Source of the DNA: a virus
Length of the DNA stretch: 5,077 nucleotides
Direction: 5' to 3' (one strand)
Virus record (IMG/VR): IMGVR_UViG_2974666017_000001
Coordinates: 1-5,077 of that record
A program made the translations under genes and the position numbers. This document shows positions 4,454 through 5,077 of the stretch, one piece after another. Position 1 is the stretch's first letter. Every line of letters starts with the position of its first letter. The notes under the pieces were generated by a model. That model was not told the DNA's origin. It did no database searches and worked only from the letters and a program-made list of their open reading frames with translations.

Positions 4454-5077
4454 ATGCTTTATGGTATTCTTATCTTTTGCGTTTGTTGGCTTTTTGTTTA
4501 TATCGATAACTATTGCAAAAACCCCTACAAGCTTGAAGCTGTTGTTGGTTCAAAAGGCTCTGGCAAGTCTCTGTATATGTCTCGTGTTGCTGATAAGTGG
4601 TTACGTTCTAATAAGGGGCTTATTTATAGCAATATGGGTATTGGTTATGAGTTAGAGCCCGAATACTGGAAACAAACTTTTCTTCCCGATTCCCTTATTC
4701 TTATCGATGAAATTGGCGTGCTGCACTCTAACCGTGATTTTAAAACTATGCCCCGTGAAGCTGTCGAATTTTTCAAGATGCAGCGCAAATATCATCTGAC
4801 AATTATTGTCAGCAGTCAGACCATGGACTTTGATAAAAAGATTCGTGATCTCTGTGATCGTATTTACCTTTGTAACCGTATCGGTTGGTTCTGTCGGCTT
4901 ACTCCCTATCGCTCCTGTATCGCTATGGAACATCGCCCCGAGGGAGGGCACGAACTGGTCAATACGGTTCGAAAAGCAGGTCGGGCAAGGTGGTATACCC
5001 TCCCTAAATCCGTTAAACAGGTAAGTGCTTTAGAATACGATACAGAGCAGGTTATTAGCAAGACCCCCTCGAAGTAA
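4454..5077 (+). CDS. Zot / pI-like assembly (morphogenesis) P-loop ATPase, short form with an N-terminal hydrophobic segment
   Basis: SD gaaagg (4438-4443) lies 16 nt before the ATG. Walker A GSKGSGKS (nt 4547-4570). Walker B LILIDE (nt 4694-4711). MQRKYHLTIIVSSQ resembles the Zot-family HRH-x-G-x-D-hhhh-TQ motif. Residues 1-17 (MLYGILIFCVCWLFVYI) are hydrophobic. The stop TAA is at 5075-5077. Confidence 0.85.
   Translation: MLYGILIFCVCWLFVYIDNYCKNPYKLEAVVGSKGSGKSLYMSRVADKWLRSNKGLIYSNMGIGYELEPEYWKQTFLPDSLILIDEIGVLHSNRDFKTMPREAVEFFKMQRKYHLTIIVSSQTMDFDKKIRDLCDRIYLCNRIGWFCRLTPYRSCIAMEHRPEGGHELVNTVRKAGRARWYTLPKSVKQVSALEYDTEQVISKTPSK

Larger units (their letters stand above)
1..5077 (+). mobile_element. 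Filamentous ssDNA phage (inovirus-like) genome unit, apparently complete and possibly circular
   Basis: All supported genes are co-directional on +. Codons are T-rich. The gene set is typical: RCR initiator, small ssDNA-binding protein, pIII-like adsorption protein, several 37-55 aa hydrophobic coat-like ORFs, and a Zot/pI ATPase. No ORF is truncated at either edge: the last stop is at 5075-5077 and a terminator hairpin starts at base 1. Circularity is inferred, not shown. Confidence 0.75.

Noticed and set aside
5030-5058. Possible promoter TTAGAA-17-TATTAG at the end of the Zot-like gene that could drive a small RNA from the GC-rich region
   Set aside because: Both hexamers are weak (about 3/6 and 4/6), and any transcript would immediately meet the 1-51 terminator hairpin. 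Not supportable from sequence alone.

Overview
The window reads as one compact filamentous ssDNA phage unit (inovirus-like). Every credible gene is on the + strand, coding regions are strongly T-rich, genes are tightly packed with overlapping stop/start codons, and no ORF is cut by a window edge. The last ORF's TAA is bases 5075-5077, and base 1 opens a terminator hairpin. Modules: (i) replication, with a sigma70/sigmaA-type promoter, a Rep_trans-like rolling-circle initiator (295-1434) and a 77-aa gene-V-like ssDNA-binding protein (1450-1683); (ii) virion, with a 392-aa Ser-rich pIII-like protein carrying a signal peptide and C-terminal anchor (1959-3137), several 37-55 aa hydrophobic coat-type ORFs missing from the ORF track (3134-3265, 3259-3426, 4037-4150, 4252-4380), and a 204-aa acidic C-terminally anchored protein (3423-4037); (iii) assembly, with a short Zot/pI-like P-loop ATPase (4454-5077). 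There are two non-coding regions. One is a GC-rich, hairpin-dense region (1-294). The other (1684-1958) holds a ~87-bp tandem duplication that starts inside the ssb gene, a strong hairpin, and a hand-foldable full-length tRNA-Gln(CUG) with encoded CCA. That tRNA is the most unusual element here. No integrase, secretin, CRISPR or IS element is visible. All family assignments rest on remembered motifs, not database searches.
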